DNA of 64,000 nucleotides from Callorhinchus milii (GCF_018977255.1 NW_024704742.1:109804001-109868000); one strand, 5' to 3'; shown: positions 38,857-51,490, counted from the first letter of the stretch. Made by a program: numbers and translations. The notes: a model not told the origin generated them from the sequence alone.

Positions 38857-41800
38857 AAACAACAACAACAACAACAAGATTCCATTTATAGAGCGCCTTT
38901 CACGTCAGGAGGACGTCCCAAGGCGCTGCACAGTTGGGTCATGACCCGAGCAGGGGGAAATGGTCAGGGTGAGGGGAGGGAAGGGAGGGAGAGAGGAGGG
39001 GGAAATGGTCAGGGTGAGGGGAGGGAAGGGAGGGAGCGAGGAGGAGGAAGAGAGTCGAGAGGGGAGCTGAAGGCACGGTCAAAGAGAAAGGTTTTGAGAC
39101 CGGCCTTGAAGGAGGAAAGGGAGGAAGCAAGGCGAAGGCACTGGGGGATGGAGTTCCAGAGCCTGGGGGCTGAGAGGCTGAAGGCCCGACCACCGATAGT
39201 AGGGCGGTTGGGGCGGGGGACGTGGAGCAGACCGGAGCCAGAGGAACGGAGGGTACGGGCAGGTAGGTAGGGGGATAGTAGGTTGGAGAGGTAGGAGGGA
39301 GCAAGGCCGTGAATGGCCTTGTAGGTGAGGATGAGGATCTTGAAATCAATCCTCTGGGGGATGGGGAGCCAGTGGAGGCGAGCGAGGGTGGGAGTGATGT
39401 GATCGCGAAGCCTGGTGCGGGACAGTACACGAGCTGCAGAGTTCTGAATGACCTGCAGCTTGTGGAGGGAGGTGGCGGGAAGGCCGGCGAGGAGAGAGTT
39501 CCCATAGTCCAGCCTTGAGGTGACAAAGGCGTGAACCAGGGTTTCAGCGGCGTGAGGGGTGAGGTAGTGCCGTAATCTGGCGATATTCCGGAGGTGATGG
39601 AAGGCGGTGCCAGTTGTGGTGCGGATGTGAGGGAGAAAGGACAGCTCAGGGTCGAACAAAACGCCGAGGTTCCTGACTGGCTTTGAGAGGTGGAGAGTGC
39701 AGCCTTGGATGCTGATGGTGTCAGCGCCTGAGGTGCGGAGGCGCTGACGTGAGCCAATCAGGAGGGCCTCGGTTTTTCGCACGTTGAGCTGAAGAAAGTT
39801 GTCTCTCGTCCAGGACTCGATGTCGGACAGGCAGGCTGTCAGGACATCGGTGGTCGTGGAGTTGAGAGTAGAGGAGGAAAGGTAGAGTTGGGTGTCATCC
39901 GCATACATGTGGAAGTTAACCCCATGTTTGCGGATGATGTCACCAAGGGGGAGCATATAGAGGGTGAAGAGGAGGGGACCGAGGACAGAGCCCTGAGGGA
40001 CACCACATGAGACAGTACGGGGGGTGGAGGAGAAGCCATTCGTTGAGACGAAGTGAAGACGGTGGGAAAGGTAAGAGCTAAACCATTCAAGGACAGTGCC
40101 TTGAAGGTTGAGGTGGGAGGACAAGCGGTGGAGTAGGATAGCGTGGTCGACCGTATCGAATGCTGCCGATAGGTCGAGGAGGACGAGGAGACAGAGGGAG
40201 CCCTGGTCACAGATGGTCAGGATATCATTGGTGACCTTGACCAGGGCAGTTTCTGTGCTATGGGCAGCACGGAAACCTGACTGAAGGGGTTCGAAAAGAG
40301 AATGGGTGGAGAGGAAAGAGCGCAGTTGGGAGGCGACAACTCTTTCCAAGACCTTGGAGAGAAAGGGGAGGTTGGAGATGGGCCGGTAGCTTGATAGCTG
40401 CGACGCATCAAGGGAGGGTTTTTTCAGGGTGGGCGTGATGATGGCAGTTTTTAATGGAATGGGGACAGAGCCAGAGGAGAGGGACAGGTTTATGATGTCA
40501 GTGATGTGTGGGGCAAGAAAATGGAGCTGGGAGATAAGGAGTGGAGTGGGGATGGGGTCAAGGGAGCAGGTGGTTGGTTTTAGGGATAGGATGAGTTCAG
40601 TGACAGAGGGTGGGGAAACGGGTACGAAGGTGTGTAGGGGAGGATGGGTAGGAGTCGGAGTGTGGGAGGGAAGGGGTGGGTGGTGGGTGGAAGTTGGAGG
40701 GGAAGTGACCGCGGAGCGGATTCCCTTGATCTTGGATTCAAGGAAATCCAGCATCTCCTCGCAGTGAAGGTTGGAGGAGATGACCTGCGCGGGGTGGCGG
40801 GGGGGACGGAGGAGTCGGGATGTGGTGGAAAACAGTAGCCTGGGGTTGTTCTTCGCCTCCAGGATTATCCTGGAGTAGAAGGACGACTTGGCCGAGGCTA
40901 GAGTGGAGCGGTAAATTTTGAGGAGGTCCAGCCAGATTTGTCGGTGGACCGTTAGGCCAGATTTGACACAGGTGCGCTCAGCAGCCCGCACCTGGCATTT
41001 CAGTGAGCGGAGGTGGGTGGTGTACCAGGGGGAGGAGCGGGAGTAGGAGACAGTGCGGGAAGTGATGGGGGCAAGAGTATCGAGTGTGGAGGAGAGGATA
41101 TTGTGGAGGAGGGAGAGAGGAGAAGAGGGGTCGGTGAGGGTTGAAGGCCAGAGGGAGAGGAGTTCAGAGGACTCCAAGGCATCGGTTAGGGATTGTGGGG
41201 GTAACTTCTTCCAAGGGCGGTAGAAGATGGTGGTGGGTCTGGTGGAGGTGGGGAGGGGGGTGGAGGTGGTGAAGGAGATGAAGTAGTGGTCGGAGATGGC
41301 CTTGTCGGTAATAGTGACATCCGAGACACTGAGGCCCCGGGTGATCACCAAATCGAGTGGGTGGCCGTGACTGTGAGTGGGGGAGTTTATGTGTAGGGAA
41401 AGGTTGAGTGAGGAGAGCAGGGAAGAGAAGTCTGTGGAGATGGAGCAGGAGGGGGTGAAGTGTAGGTTAAAGTCGCCCAGGATGATGAGGCGATCAGAGG
41501 AGAGGCAAAGAGATGTGAGGAGTGTTGAAATGTCAGAGATGAAGGTGGGAGAGGTTTTAGGGGGCCGGTAGAGGAGGAGGATTTTAAGGGAGAGGAATGA
41601 GGGGTGGGAGAGGGTGAGGTGCTCGAAGGAGGGGAAAGAGCCAGTGGAGTAAGGGGATAGGGCAAGTGGTGTCCTTGAGATAAGGGCAACACCACCGCCA
41701 CGGCGGTTGGGGCGGGGGATGTGGTGGGAGGTGTAGCCGGGTGGCGTGGCCTCCGTGAGGGGGAAGGTGTCGCCTGGGGTGAGCCAGGTTTCTGTCAAGG

Positions 41801-42195
41801 CCATGATATCAACGTTCTCATCAAGGATGAGATCGTTGATGACCAGGGCCTTGTTGCAGAGGGAGCGGACATTTTGCAGTCCGATGTGGAGGGAGCGGTT
41901 GACAGAAGGGTGTGTGGGAGGGGAGGGGGTTCCAGGTTGTGAGGCAGGGGTGGGGGGAATGGGGATGAGGGAGGAGAGGTTGACTCCCCGGGTCTGTGTC
42001 CGGGGTGGCTGGCGAGAGTGGTGGGGAATGGGGCAGTCGGTGTGGCTGCTGCTGGACAGCCAACGCCGAGTGCCACGGTGAGCCCGGCGGAGGATTCCCA
42101 GGCTGGAGCAGAGGGAGGTTGTGGGAGGGTCAAGTGGGGATAGAAGACGAGAGGGACGGAGAGAGAGGAGGAGAGAGCGGGAGAGTCTTGAAAGG
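38857..42195 (-). mobile_element. L2-clade LINE retrotransposon, 5'-truncated, young copy
   Basis: GC-rich 3.3 kb block with sharp edges against AT-rich flanks. Minus-strand 3' end reads ...GCGCCTTGGGACGTCCTCCTGACGTGAAAGGCGCTCTATAAATGGAATC followed by a (TTG)n tail. Contains the APE endonuclease + RT ORF. Confidence 0.93.
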
Positions 42196-42287
42196 GTAAA
42201 AAATGAAATTTGCAGTGGTTGAAAAGAACGTTCAGCTTCTGCCATCATTTGTAATGACGCTTGGTGGTATAAGTCGATGACCTTCAT
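39009..42287 (-). CDS. LINE (L2) ORF2: apurinic-type endonuclease + reverse transcriptase, 1092 aa, no internal stops
   Basis: Endonuclease motifs LQNVRSL, LTETWL, GDFN, DLVIT, SDH. RT motifs [43 protein letters not shown] (39894-39905). L2-type C-terminus [10 protein letters not shown]...[13 protein letters not shown]...[15 protein letters not shown]. The first ~30 codons appear to come from flanking host DNA. Confidence 0.93.
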   Translation of the reverse strand: MKVIDLYHQASLQMMAEAERSFQPLQISFFTLSRLSRSLLLSLRPSRLLSPLDPPTTSLCSSLGILRRAHRGTRRWLSSSSHTDCPIPHHSRQPPRTQTRGVNLSSLIPIPPTPASQPGTPSPPTHPSVNRSLHIGLQNVRSLCNKALVINDLILDENVDIMALTETWLTPGDTFPLTEATPPGYTSHHIPRPNRRGGGVALISRTPLALSPYSTGSFPSFEHLTLSHPSFLSLKILLLYRPPKTSPTFISDISTLLTSLCLSSDRLIILGDFNLHFTPSCSISTDFSSLLSSLNLSLHINSPTHSHGHPLDLVITRGLSVSDVTITDKAISDHYFISFTTSTPLPTSTRPTTIFYRPWKKLPPQSLTDALESSELLSLWPSTLTDPSSPLSLLHNILSSTLDTLAPITSRTVSYSRSSPWYTTHLRSLKCQVRAAERTCVKSGLTVHRQIWLDLLKIYRSTLASAKSSFYSRIILEAKNNPRLLFSTTSRLLRPPRHPAQVISSNLHCEEMLDFLESKIKGIRSAVTSPPTSTHHPPLPSHTPTPTHPPLHTFVPVSPPSVTELILSLKPTTCSLDPIPTPLLISQLHFLAPHITDIINLSLSSGSVPIPLKTAIITPTLKKPSLDASQLSSYRPISNLPFLSKVLERVVASQLRSFLSTHSLFEPLQSGFRAAHSTETALVKVTNDILTICDQGSLCLLVLLDLSAAFDTVDHAILLHRLSSHLNLQGTVLEWFSSYLSHRLHFVSTNGFSSTPRTVSCGVPQGSVLGPLLFTLYMLPLGDIIRKHGVNFHMYADDTQLYLSSSTLNSTTTDVLTACLSDIESWTRDNFLQLNVRKTEALLIGSRQRLRTSGADTISIQGCTLHLSKPVRNLGVLFDPELSFLPHIRTTTGTAFHHLRNIARLRHYLTPHAAETLVHAFVTSRLDYGNSLLAGLPATSLHKLQVIQNSAARVLSRTRLRDHITPTLARLHWLPIPQRIDFKILILTYKAIHGLAPSYLSNLLSPYLPARTLRSSGSGLLHVPRPNRPTIGGRAFSLSAPRLWNSIPQCLRLASSLSSFKAGLKTFLFDRAFSSPLDSLPPPRSLPSLPSP

Positions 42288-42345
42288 TTAAAAATCCCTT
42301 TCAGCTGAAGAATATTGGAGTGTGGGTATGCAGCGGATGACATTG

Positions 42346-42653
42346 ATAATAATAATCCTTGCATTTGATATAGCGCTTTTCACATCTAGACGTCTCAAAG
42401 CGCTTCACAGAATATACTGTAAAGTAAATTGACTATATTTGTGGGCGAATTGCAGCAGCCAATTGCGTACAGCAGTGTCCCACAAACCGTCATAGATTGA
42501 AGTGAGCAATTTTATTATTGTTTTTTTTTCTTGAGGGATTATTATCAGGCGTAAGGAGTAAGGAAACTTGCCCAATGTTTCACTCTGCTGGAAATCGAAC
42601 CCAGGTCTCTCGCTTGCGAGGCGTGTGCTCTAACCACTGAGATACAGGACTCC
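42346..42653 (-). mobile_element. Full-length tRNA-derived SINE
   Basis: Same head, body and tail as 32414-32729, more diverged. Confidence 0.88.
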
Positions 42654-45600
42654 CTAATTGATGGCAGGGAAAGGTATTCAAAGCTAAATACTTGAAGATA
42701 AATGAAACTTTTGTGAAACTGCGGCATTAGTGCAATACTCGAAAAGCAACTCAGATACCATTATAAAATAAAGGTAAAATGTTGTAAAAATTGACCATGT
42801 GATAAAGTGAAAAGAATGAAGGATAATAATAATAATTCTTGCATTTGATATAGTGCCTTATCACGTCTTCGATACGTCTCAAAGCGCTTCACAGAATATA
42901 TTGGATATACATTGAAGTCCTTTTCAAATGTGGTGTTTGGGATCCATAAAGTTCCAACTCACATTATTGGAAGGCACAATAGCAGTTTTAACTGCACATG
43001 CACACAGCCAGCAGCACTTTGCTTCCTGCACATTGCCACCTTTTGAATTATCTTTGTTTTTGCTGCTCATGCGTAAAGATCATGGAAACTATTGTTTAAC
43101 AGTTTTGTTGCTTTGTTGCTCCAAATGCTGTGATGCACTCTTGCTTCCACACTGGAAGGTGAATCATTCCTCTTGGTACTTGCTTCTTCCCTGCCATTTG
43201 CTCTAAACCATGCCCATTTTGACTGGCTCTGTTGTAGATTGGCACCTGACCATGCTAGTTTTCATAAGTTGAGGTGTTTGCTCCAGTAGGAGATGATATT
43301 GGCATGTTCGAGGGGAAGGAATCTGTTCCAATGACCATCTGCCTTGCACAAGTGGTGACGCTTGCAGGCTCTGCGGAAATAAAATGTCTTCCTTGGGGAA
43401 AGTGGATATTTGCAGTGCAGAATCTTGATCAGCCAGCAGATGTTGAGGTATACTCATGCTCACTCCACAAGCCCGCCACATCATGGGGTAGAGTGCTAGG
43501 CATCACTACAGAATGGTTAACTGCCAAATAATTCCATACATATTGAAGAAAACCCTGATGTGTTTCTTCACATCCAAACATTGTTTCAAGTGTATCGAGC
43601 AGTAAACCAAGAATATCTATAAACACAAGATGAGTTTGGTTTTGTTCAGGCATGGTGTGGAGAAGAAGTTTTCTGTGAAGTTCTTTTCTGAGTGCTGATC
43701 TGCAAAATGGCATTTTTAATAATTCTTCAAGTTCCAAGAAAGATTACCATGGTTTATTTTTTAATGTTCCTCCGTCAATCTTCAAAATCTGAGCTTTTCA
43801 TTAGATGCAAAATTGGCACAAAGAGCAGTTTTACAGCTCATGAAAAATGTGTTTTCAAAATGTGGCTTCCACCACCAAAATGGCCGGTGGGAAAAAAGAG
43901 GCAGAAGAAATCAGAAATGTTTCAAGATTAAATAATTTAGAAAAAAGTGTTAGACAAGCTAGAAAGCAGTAAAAAATTAACTTTAAATTAAAAACATTAG
44001 ACAAACTGGAATAACACACACAGGGAAAAGGAGATGGCAGGGTGAACACATGTAATTCAATTTGTAAAAAAGAATCAGTTTAGGGATAATATACTAATCA
44101 AGATATCCTAGTAGTAACTTTCCTACTGTAAAATTAATGTTTCTTTTCAGCACTACAGTGCCAGAGTTTGAAAGTTAAGGACATTTTCAGCCAATTAGAT
44201 GAGATTTTATAGACTTGATTGCTATTTCAGCTCCCACTCCCAACACCCTGTTTTTTGTGACTCAGCTAAGAACTGAAGAAACACGAGGTGGTTTCACTCA
44301 AGTGGCTGGGAGTATTGTCTCTATTTACATGCAAGACGTATAGATTTGTTAACAAATGTTTATCCAATATAATACTAAAGTAATGCTACTGTAACATGTA
44401 GTTGCATTATTTTGTAGATAATTGTGGTTATCTGGTTACTGTGTGATTGTAAAGATAAATAGCTGATGATTAAATTAGCTAAAAACTGTTGCAAATTATT
44501 TTATGTTTGGAATCGGATACTCTTTAAAAATTTATCCTGCACTTCTGTTGCATAGTGATGGAAGAATTTTTACATGCGCTCCAGAACATAACATTGAAAG
44601 TGCTCAGATTTACTCACAGGGTGGGTAGATATGAGGCATGCTGACAAAAGAGCACTTACCCATGGCAGAGCACTTTGTATCAAGATAATTTTCTTCTTGG
44701 CCTGTCGTGACCTTTCTGACCATTTTCCTATACAAAGAGCAATAGACTGAATGCTGCCATTTCAGTCTGTGCAGTAGACTGCAACTTACGTCTTTTTAGT
44801 CTGTTTTGGTGGGAGGAGAGAGTATAACAAAACTGAAAGAAATCTTGGCCGATTGTGAAAAGTTGCATTAGGCAACAGGGTGAAGGCTGGCATTTACTGC
44901 AAATGAGGTTTGTTAGCTATTTCTATACAGAGAATGGAAAAAAAAATTTGTTTGAAAAGTTGTAATATAGGACCAGCTCTTACACATGGATGACTGAAGA
45001 GAGTGCTCTCAAAGAGAAACCCAGGTACTGAGTAAAATGGCAAAACCTCTTTGATATCTTAAAATAAAAAGCAGTTTTTAGGCATCAATGACTGATGACG
45101 TTTCTGATGATGTGTCTGATTAATAGACAGATGAATTTGTATTGAGCAGTCTTTAAAATATTGCATGCACATTTTGCACCCTTAATTTGTATTACAAATA
45201 AACTAGCAATGCATTATTTTATTTGTACTAATGTATCAGAAAATAATCACATGAGGTAATTAACACATATTTTATAGATTGTTATGTGGTGAAAAGTTTC
45301 TTCATACCCACTTTCAGTGACAGATGACCTTTGCAGATTTGACAACATACCCATTTTCAATCATATAACATTTGCAAAACTTATTTTCGGCACTGAATAT
45401 TACAAAGCAGAATTAGATGAATTTATGACACCATAGATTTTTATTTGGCACCTGATGTTCTTCGAATAAATCAAAAATAGTATTCCTGTTATGCTTTGAA
45501 TTTTGTCATAGATATTCCACTGTCAAACTTGAAAATTCCTGCACATAGGGTTAGGTTAAAATGAAATACAAAATAGGAGAAAGTAATTCTTCTTATTAAA

Positions 45601-47384
45601 ATGATTTTCCAGTATATGTGTCATACCACAAACCCAATAAAGCACATTTCCAATTCAGGTTGACAAAGCAGCAGAAAGGTTACTCCAATCAGGTTCTTAG
45701 AGTAACGCCTACAAGTTGCTCTACCATAACAAAGCCGATATCCTTTGAAATCTGAAATTGATGTATTGTCACTGCTACTGTCAGTCATTTAGCTGGACTA
45801 CCACCACCAGCTCTGGGCCAAAAGGCTATGGCATATGACTTTGTGTAAGTGGCAGCTCCATTCAGATTGTTTTTCACAGTGTATTGACTGCAAAGGCACC
45901 CTGGTCTGATCAAATGTAAACATTGAGGGCATCACTGATGAGATTAAAAATGGATCTGTTGACCAAGGTGCTAAGTGTCAAAGTCTATAACATTTATTTT
46001 TTACTCATCCTTTTATAAAGACACTTAACTATATTGTCATCATGTAATTATGAATTTGTTCTTGAAACAGAAATTTTAAATAAATGAGGTGATTGCAGAG
46101 ATTAGTTTTGGTGTTGATTTTGAGTTTTAGAGCTAGTCTTTAAGAACATATTTAAATCGATAAGAAAACAATTAAAATCTATTTCCAATTAAAAAACATA
46201 TTTATTGACATATTTTAGCATTTAATGATTCTACAGTTTAAACAAACTAATTTCCATATTTATGGGGGTTAATTATGCATAATAATCAGCAACGAAAGTC
46301 ATACAATTTTAGTACGAGTGAGCAACTTGGGAAATAGGTCATGAGTAGTGAAGAACACCACTAAAATTGAAAAGAATAGAAGAATCAAGAAGTAGGGATA
46401 AAGTGACACTGAGTGTGGGTTTTAGAATGACTGTAAGATGAACAATATCAAATTGTTTTCTTTAATTGGTGTTGATTTTGAGTTTTAGAGCTAGTCTACC
46501 TGAGTTAAATTACGTTTTTTTCTAAAGGCAAATTATTTTCATTATGAAAAAAATATTTTGTGTACGTGTTTTATTTTACATAAAAAGAGAACATTTAATG
46601 GCAATTATATTGCAGAACTACTGCAAGAAGTAATGGATTTACACTAGGAAGAGGAACAGAACTGCTTGCACAAATGCACTCATTTGCAAAACTGAACAGT
46701 GCTGTCTCCAGTGGCATTATTTATATTGCTACTAGAAGCAGTATGTTTTTGGCAAAAACATGGTGAATTTTGGAGCCATTACTTGATTCTGCATATATAC
46801 TACTGGAAGCAAAGTGGTTTTACATCTGTCAGTAAAACGATTGGAGGAAGAAACTTGATTCATACTACTTGCTCTTCATGGCATTATATCAGAGCAAGTA
46901 AAAACAATTGAAACATGCTTTCAGAATACCAAACAAAACAAGATTTCAGAATACCAAGCATGGGTAGCAGCATAGGATTTTTTTATGTTATTAGTAGTTG
47001 GTTAAGAAATCAACTCTTCACTAATATTAGAAACGGTTGTTTCAGAAATATTGGTCTGTCCATTCGACCATCCAAGATCTTTAAACGCAGCATAGGAGGC
47101 TGATGCCAATTCAGTTGAATTGTTCCTGATTCCAATTCCTCCAGGTGGTGTCAGAGTTGAGTTACCTTAATTCAGAGTTCCAATGAAAGCTGAAAAACAT
47201 TCAGTATTTAGGTAGCATTAAATACTATGCCTAACAGCGAAGGTGGTTCTGCTATCATTGTCAGTGTGCTAAATGAATAGAACACCAAATCAAGCATACA
47301 AATAACTCCAAAAGATCAAATGTAATAATAATAATCCTTGCATTTGATGTGGCGCTTCTAGACGTCTCAAAGTGCTTCACAGCA

Positions 47385-49100
47385 GGAAAGAGGTTAAAAA
47401 GACAATTAGGAAACTAAGGAGGAACTATGAGGAGAAATTAGCAAACAATAAAAAAGAAACAGGAAAGCATTCTGTATGTATGTTATCAATAAAAGAATGG
47501 ATAAAGTAGGGATAGGACCATTAAGGGGAGAAGGGGATAAGCTCACAGCAGATAAGAAAATAGCAGAAATAATAAATGAATATTTTGCCTCAGATTTCAC
47601 AAAGAAAACTGATAAAGAAAATTTAGTAAGAACAGAAGGGGAAGGGTGAAAAATTGCTCACAGTTAAAATAGGGATAAGGGATGTATTAAATAAATTACA
47701 CAAGCTTAAAGAGGACAAGGCACCTGGCCCAGATAGACTGCACCCAAGAATCCTTGGGAAAACTGGGAAGCAGCCAGCTGAACTCCCAATATGTATATTT
47801 AAGAACCCTGTAGAGAAAGGAATCGTGCTTTGCATTCAGATTTGGTGTCAAAACTTTCAGATGGTAATAATAAATAACAATAATAATCCTTGTATTTGAT
47901 ATAGCGCTTTTCACGTCCTCTAGACGTCTCAAAGCTCTTCACTGTAAAGAGAATTGAATGTATATTTGTGGGTGAAACGTGGCAGCCAATTGCGCACAGT
48001 AGTGTCCCACAAACAGCCGTGGATTGAAGTGACCAATTTATTATTTTTTCTTTCTTGAGGGATTATTATCAGGTGTGTGGAGTAAGGAAACTTGCCCAAG
48101 GTTTCGTCCTGCCAGGAATCGAACCCAGTCTCTCTCTTGCGAGTGCTCTAAACAATGAGCTACAGGACTCCACTACAGCAGTTAACTTATTGTGGTCAAG
48201 GTATCAGAATCTATATTAAAAGATGAAGTGACGAGTCATCTGGAGAAGGAGACCGTATTAAGACCAGCATGATATAAACCTGGAACTGTGAGGCTAAGGC
48301 GTGAAAGGGATCACAAAGAATGTAGGAAGACACAAACAGGCTATCTGAATGGGCAGAAAGACGGCAAATTAAGTTGAATGTCGGAAAATGTAAAGTAATT
48401 CACTTCGGCAGGAAAAATAAGGAAGCTATCTTTCGTCTAATAATAATAATCCTTCCATTTAGATGGTAGCAAACAGATCTGGGGATTCAGAGCCACAAAT
48501 CTCTAAACGTGATCACACAGGTAGATAAGGCTATAAAAAGACTAATGGAAACTTGTGCTTTATATCCAGAGGGATAGAATATAAAAGTGAGTAGATGATG
48601 TTGAATTAATTCAAACTTTTTGTCCAATTCTGATCTCCACACCATAAGAAGGATATAACAGGAAAGTTTCCTTACTCCACACGCCTTTATTTACCTAGCA
48701 GTAAGTAGTTGGCGGATCGCTTTTCCAGGGTAATAATCCCTTCCCAAAAAAATTAAGAAGGATTTGGCCAGTCAATCCATGGCTGTTTGTGGGACACTGC
48801 GTTTCAACCACAGTATATTTGAGATGCCTCGAAGACATGAGAAGGCGCCATATCAAATGCAACTAATATTATAGGTTAGGCCTTTTTTTGCTAGAGAAGG
48901 TACATATGAAGGGGGAATTAATTGAAGTCTTGAAAAATTATAAAATGGTTTGATAAGGTTAATACAAATCACTGAATCCACTGTCGGGAAATCCAAAAGC
49001 AGAAAAACCAAAAAAGATTGAGACTAGGTCTGAAAGAGATTTTAGAAGGAACTATTTCATGCAGAGGGTAGTGAGATTATGGAACTCACTGCCTGTTGGG
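47385..49100 (+). mobile_element. Fragmented CR1 LINE ORF2 remnant with nested SINE pieces
   Basis: NRKAFCMYVINKRMDKVGIGPL...AEIINEYFASDFTK and LHKLKEDKAPGPDRLHPRIL, later KLNVGKCKVIHFGRKN and FRRNYFMQRVVRLWNSLP. Confidence 0.85.
47866..48172 (-). mobile_element. Full-length tRNA-derived SINE nested in a CR1 fragment
   Basis: Same family; CR1 coding-like sequence continues on both sides. Confidence 0.85.
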
Positions 49101-50380
49101 CCAATATAGTCTGCTTCAGTGCTTCTTTTCAGTGCTTTACCTTTTAATTCTTTGTAACTGTTTCAATAATCAGTGTGGAATGCCATTACCAAACTGCATT
49201 TAAGTGAATAGCTGATAAGTGAGGCCTAAGAAAGTCATGTTTTTTTGGTCCAGAAATTGCGGCCACATTTGCTGAATTTGTGGATTTGGTGTAGTTAGCT
49301 CAAGTTTAAGTACAACAAATAACAACAACAAAATTACATTTGCAAAGCGCCCTTCACGTCAGGAGGACGTCCCAAGGCGCTGAACAGTCGGGTTACCTTC
49401 AGTGAGTACGCGTTCCCATTGGACCATTCACCTGTTCCATCAACCCGCCCATGCTCTCATTGAACCATCCGCCTGGGCATCATCCCATCTGTGCTTTCAT
49501 TGGACCATCCTACTGACAGGATATTGTGTCTCCTCACAGATAGCGAAAATATGGGAAAACATTCTATGGAATTAAGAATGTGGAGACTTGAACCAATTTT
49601 AACTAGCATTTACTTATTTTACTGAAGTATAAACAGAAGAGTATGCATGAATGCAAATAGTTTTTGGTCACAGCAAACTTTCTTCTCCAGATGATATATG
49701 TATGCACAGGATAAATTGCATGACACTCTAGAATGAATTGTATGTGTGTTGTGGGCAAGAAAAGTGTAGAAATAATCAAATGGGATTAACAGAGTACAGT
49801 TCAATTTTTAAGCAATGGTAACAATTGTATTGGTAGAGACCAAGTCTTCCTTCAATCAATTTGCTGAAAACGGTCTTATTATTTCCTAAGTACCTTTATG
49901 AAAAATCCACAAAGTTTTCACATTATCATTTTATCAATAAAAAATATACACTTAAAAACTGTTCATAGAAAATATACTTAGCATTAGATAGTCAGTTAAA
50001 AAGTTCATGTTTTCTACCACACAAGCTGAATAAATTGTACAAATAAATTAAAAATGGATTTATATGCTTAAAAGTAAAAGGTTGTTTGTTTTGTCATGGT
50101 TAATTAGTTATATATATTTTGGAATTATGCATGCCTGATGATGGACTTTCTTACTTGTGCGGTACCTCAAATTTGGTGTAAAAGTTGAATAGACAAGTAG
50201 TTGAAGTAACAGTATAATTAATGATTTATTCAATATTTTAATGAAACTGAAAACACCCTACATATTTCATATTTTTAACTGAATGCCAGAGGATTCATAA
50301 CAAGTCTGTAATATTAGGTTAAAATTGCATTGTTGCTTGTACAGTTATGTATAATACAATATTTGTGTCATTTTAAATAG

Positions 50381-50598
50381 GAGGGATATGGAGTAATAGT
50401 CCTAAATACCAACGAAAACTACATTGAAGTGGAGAAGCCAAAAAAACAAGTGCAGTCACTAGCCAATGATACCGATGAGCCAGCAGAAAAGAAAGAGAGA
50501 AAAGATGAGAGTCAAAAAGAACAAAGAAACGGCGAGACTTTTATGAGAAATACCGAAATCCTCAAAAGGAAAAAGAATCAAAGCACATTCCCATTAGG
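50381..50598 (+). CDS. FAM172A: Internal coding exon of FAM172A/ARB2A (cotranscriptional regulator, Arb2/alpha-beta-hydrolase-like domain), with an apparent 1-nt deletion near 50519-50521
   Basis: Acceptor ttttaaatAG|GAG and donor ATTAGG|GTgagt. Reads [47 protein letters not shown], then in a shifted frame [26 protein letters not shown]. This matches the recalled human FAM172A segment [21 protein letters not shown]...[21 protein letters not shown]. Confidence 0.93.
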
Positions 50599-51490
50599 GT
50601 GAGTACTTAACATTTTCCAGTAATATACTAATATAATAACCAGCGGGTAAGAATCCCCCCAAATGTAGATTTACAAAGTACAAAACAGCAAACAGATAAC
50701 GTATCCATGTCACCAATGTATTTTTATTTGGAAATTGCAATTAATTTCTGAAACTTATTAAAACATGATATTTTAAACAATTTAAACAGTTAAAGCATGG
50801 TAGATTTAATTTTCTGAAATTTTATTGATTGACCAGGACAGAGTTTCCTGGTAAAATCTAACTAAAATATTTTACTTGTTAGGTTTGGTCTTATGCACCA
50901 TAACAAGATAATAATTATTATTCAAACTGTGGAAGTTGTCCACTGTAACTAAGAATTCATGTTATGGAGCCTACTTACTTAGGAATTGTGTGGCACAAGC
51001 CAAGTAATTCCAAAAGAGCTTCAGTAGTGAAACTGCAGCACAACAAAAGGGAAATTATTAATCTCTTAATAAATATTTAAGGTAGAATAGTAGTTGTATG
51101 TTATAATGAGCAAATTGTGTCCCTTGCTCTGCTCCATCACTTATTCAGTGCACTCTTGCACTTTGTAATGCTAGCAGCATGAGATCGTTATAACAGTGCT
51201 GCCCACAGTTCTCCATTTCTGCAGGGGGCAGAGACAATATTATTCAGAGTTTGACATTAGCTGGATCTATGCATTATACATTGCTTCCAGGTTTATGCAA
51301 TATCATAGGTGCTTATTAGAACCCAGAGTTCACATTTCACCATATGGAAATTTCCACACAATTTGAAAGTTGATTGAAAATTGACATTGACTTACATTTG
51401 TTAATGATACAGTATTTATATTATATGATGATTCAACACAAGTTCAAACAAATTATAAAACTCTTTGGCTAAGTGATTTTATAAATAAAA

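Noticed and set aside
38939..42199. Many overlapping ORFs, including the 272-aa ORF at 38939-39757
   Set aside because: Alternative-frame and antisense shadows of the GC-rich L2 ORF2 with low-complexity translations.
46125..46497. GTTTTAGAGCTA occurs twice and resembles the Cas9 CRISPR repeat/sgRNA scaffold start
   Set aside because: Only two copies 358 bp apart, the match is limited to about 12-13 nt, there is no array or cas gene, and the context is a vertebrate intron.
1..50380. Upstream FAM172A exon (expected LIHGSGVVRAGQWARRLIIN-like peptide)
   Set aside because: Not found by eye in the window, so it presumably lies upstream and this intron exceeds 50 kb. A small missed exon cannot be excluded.
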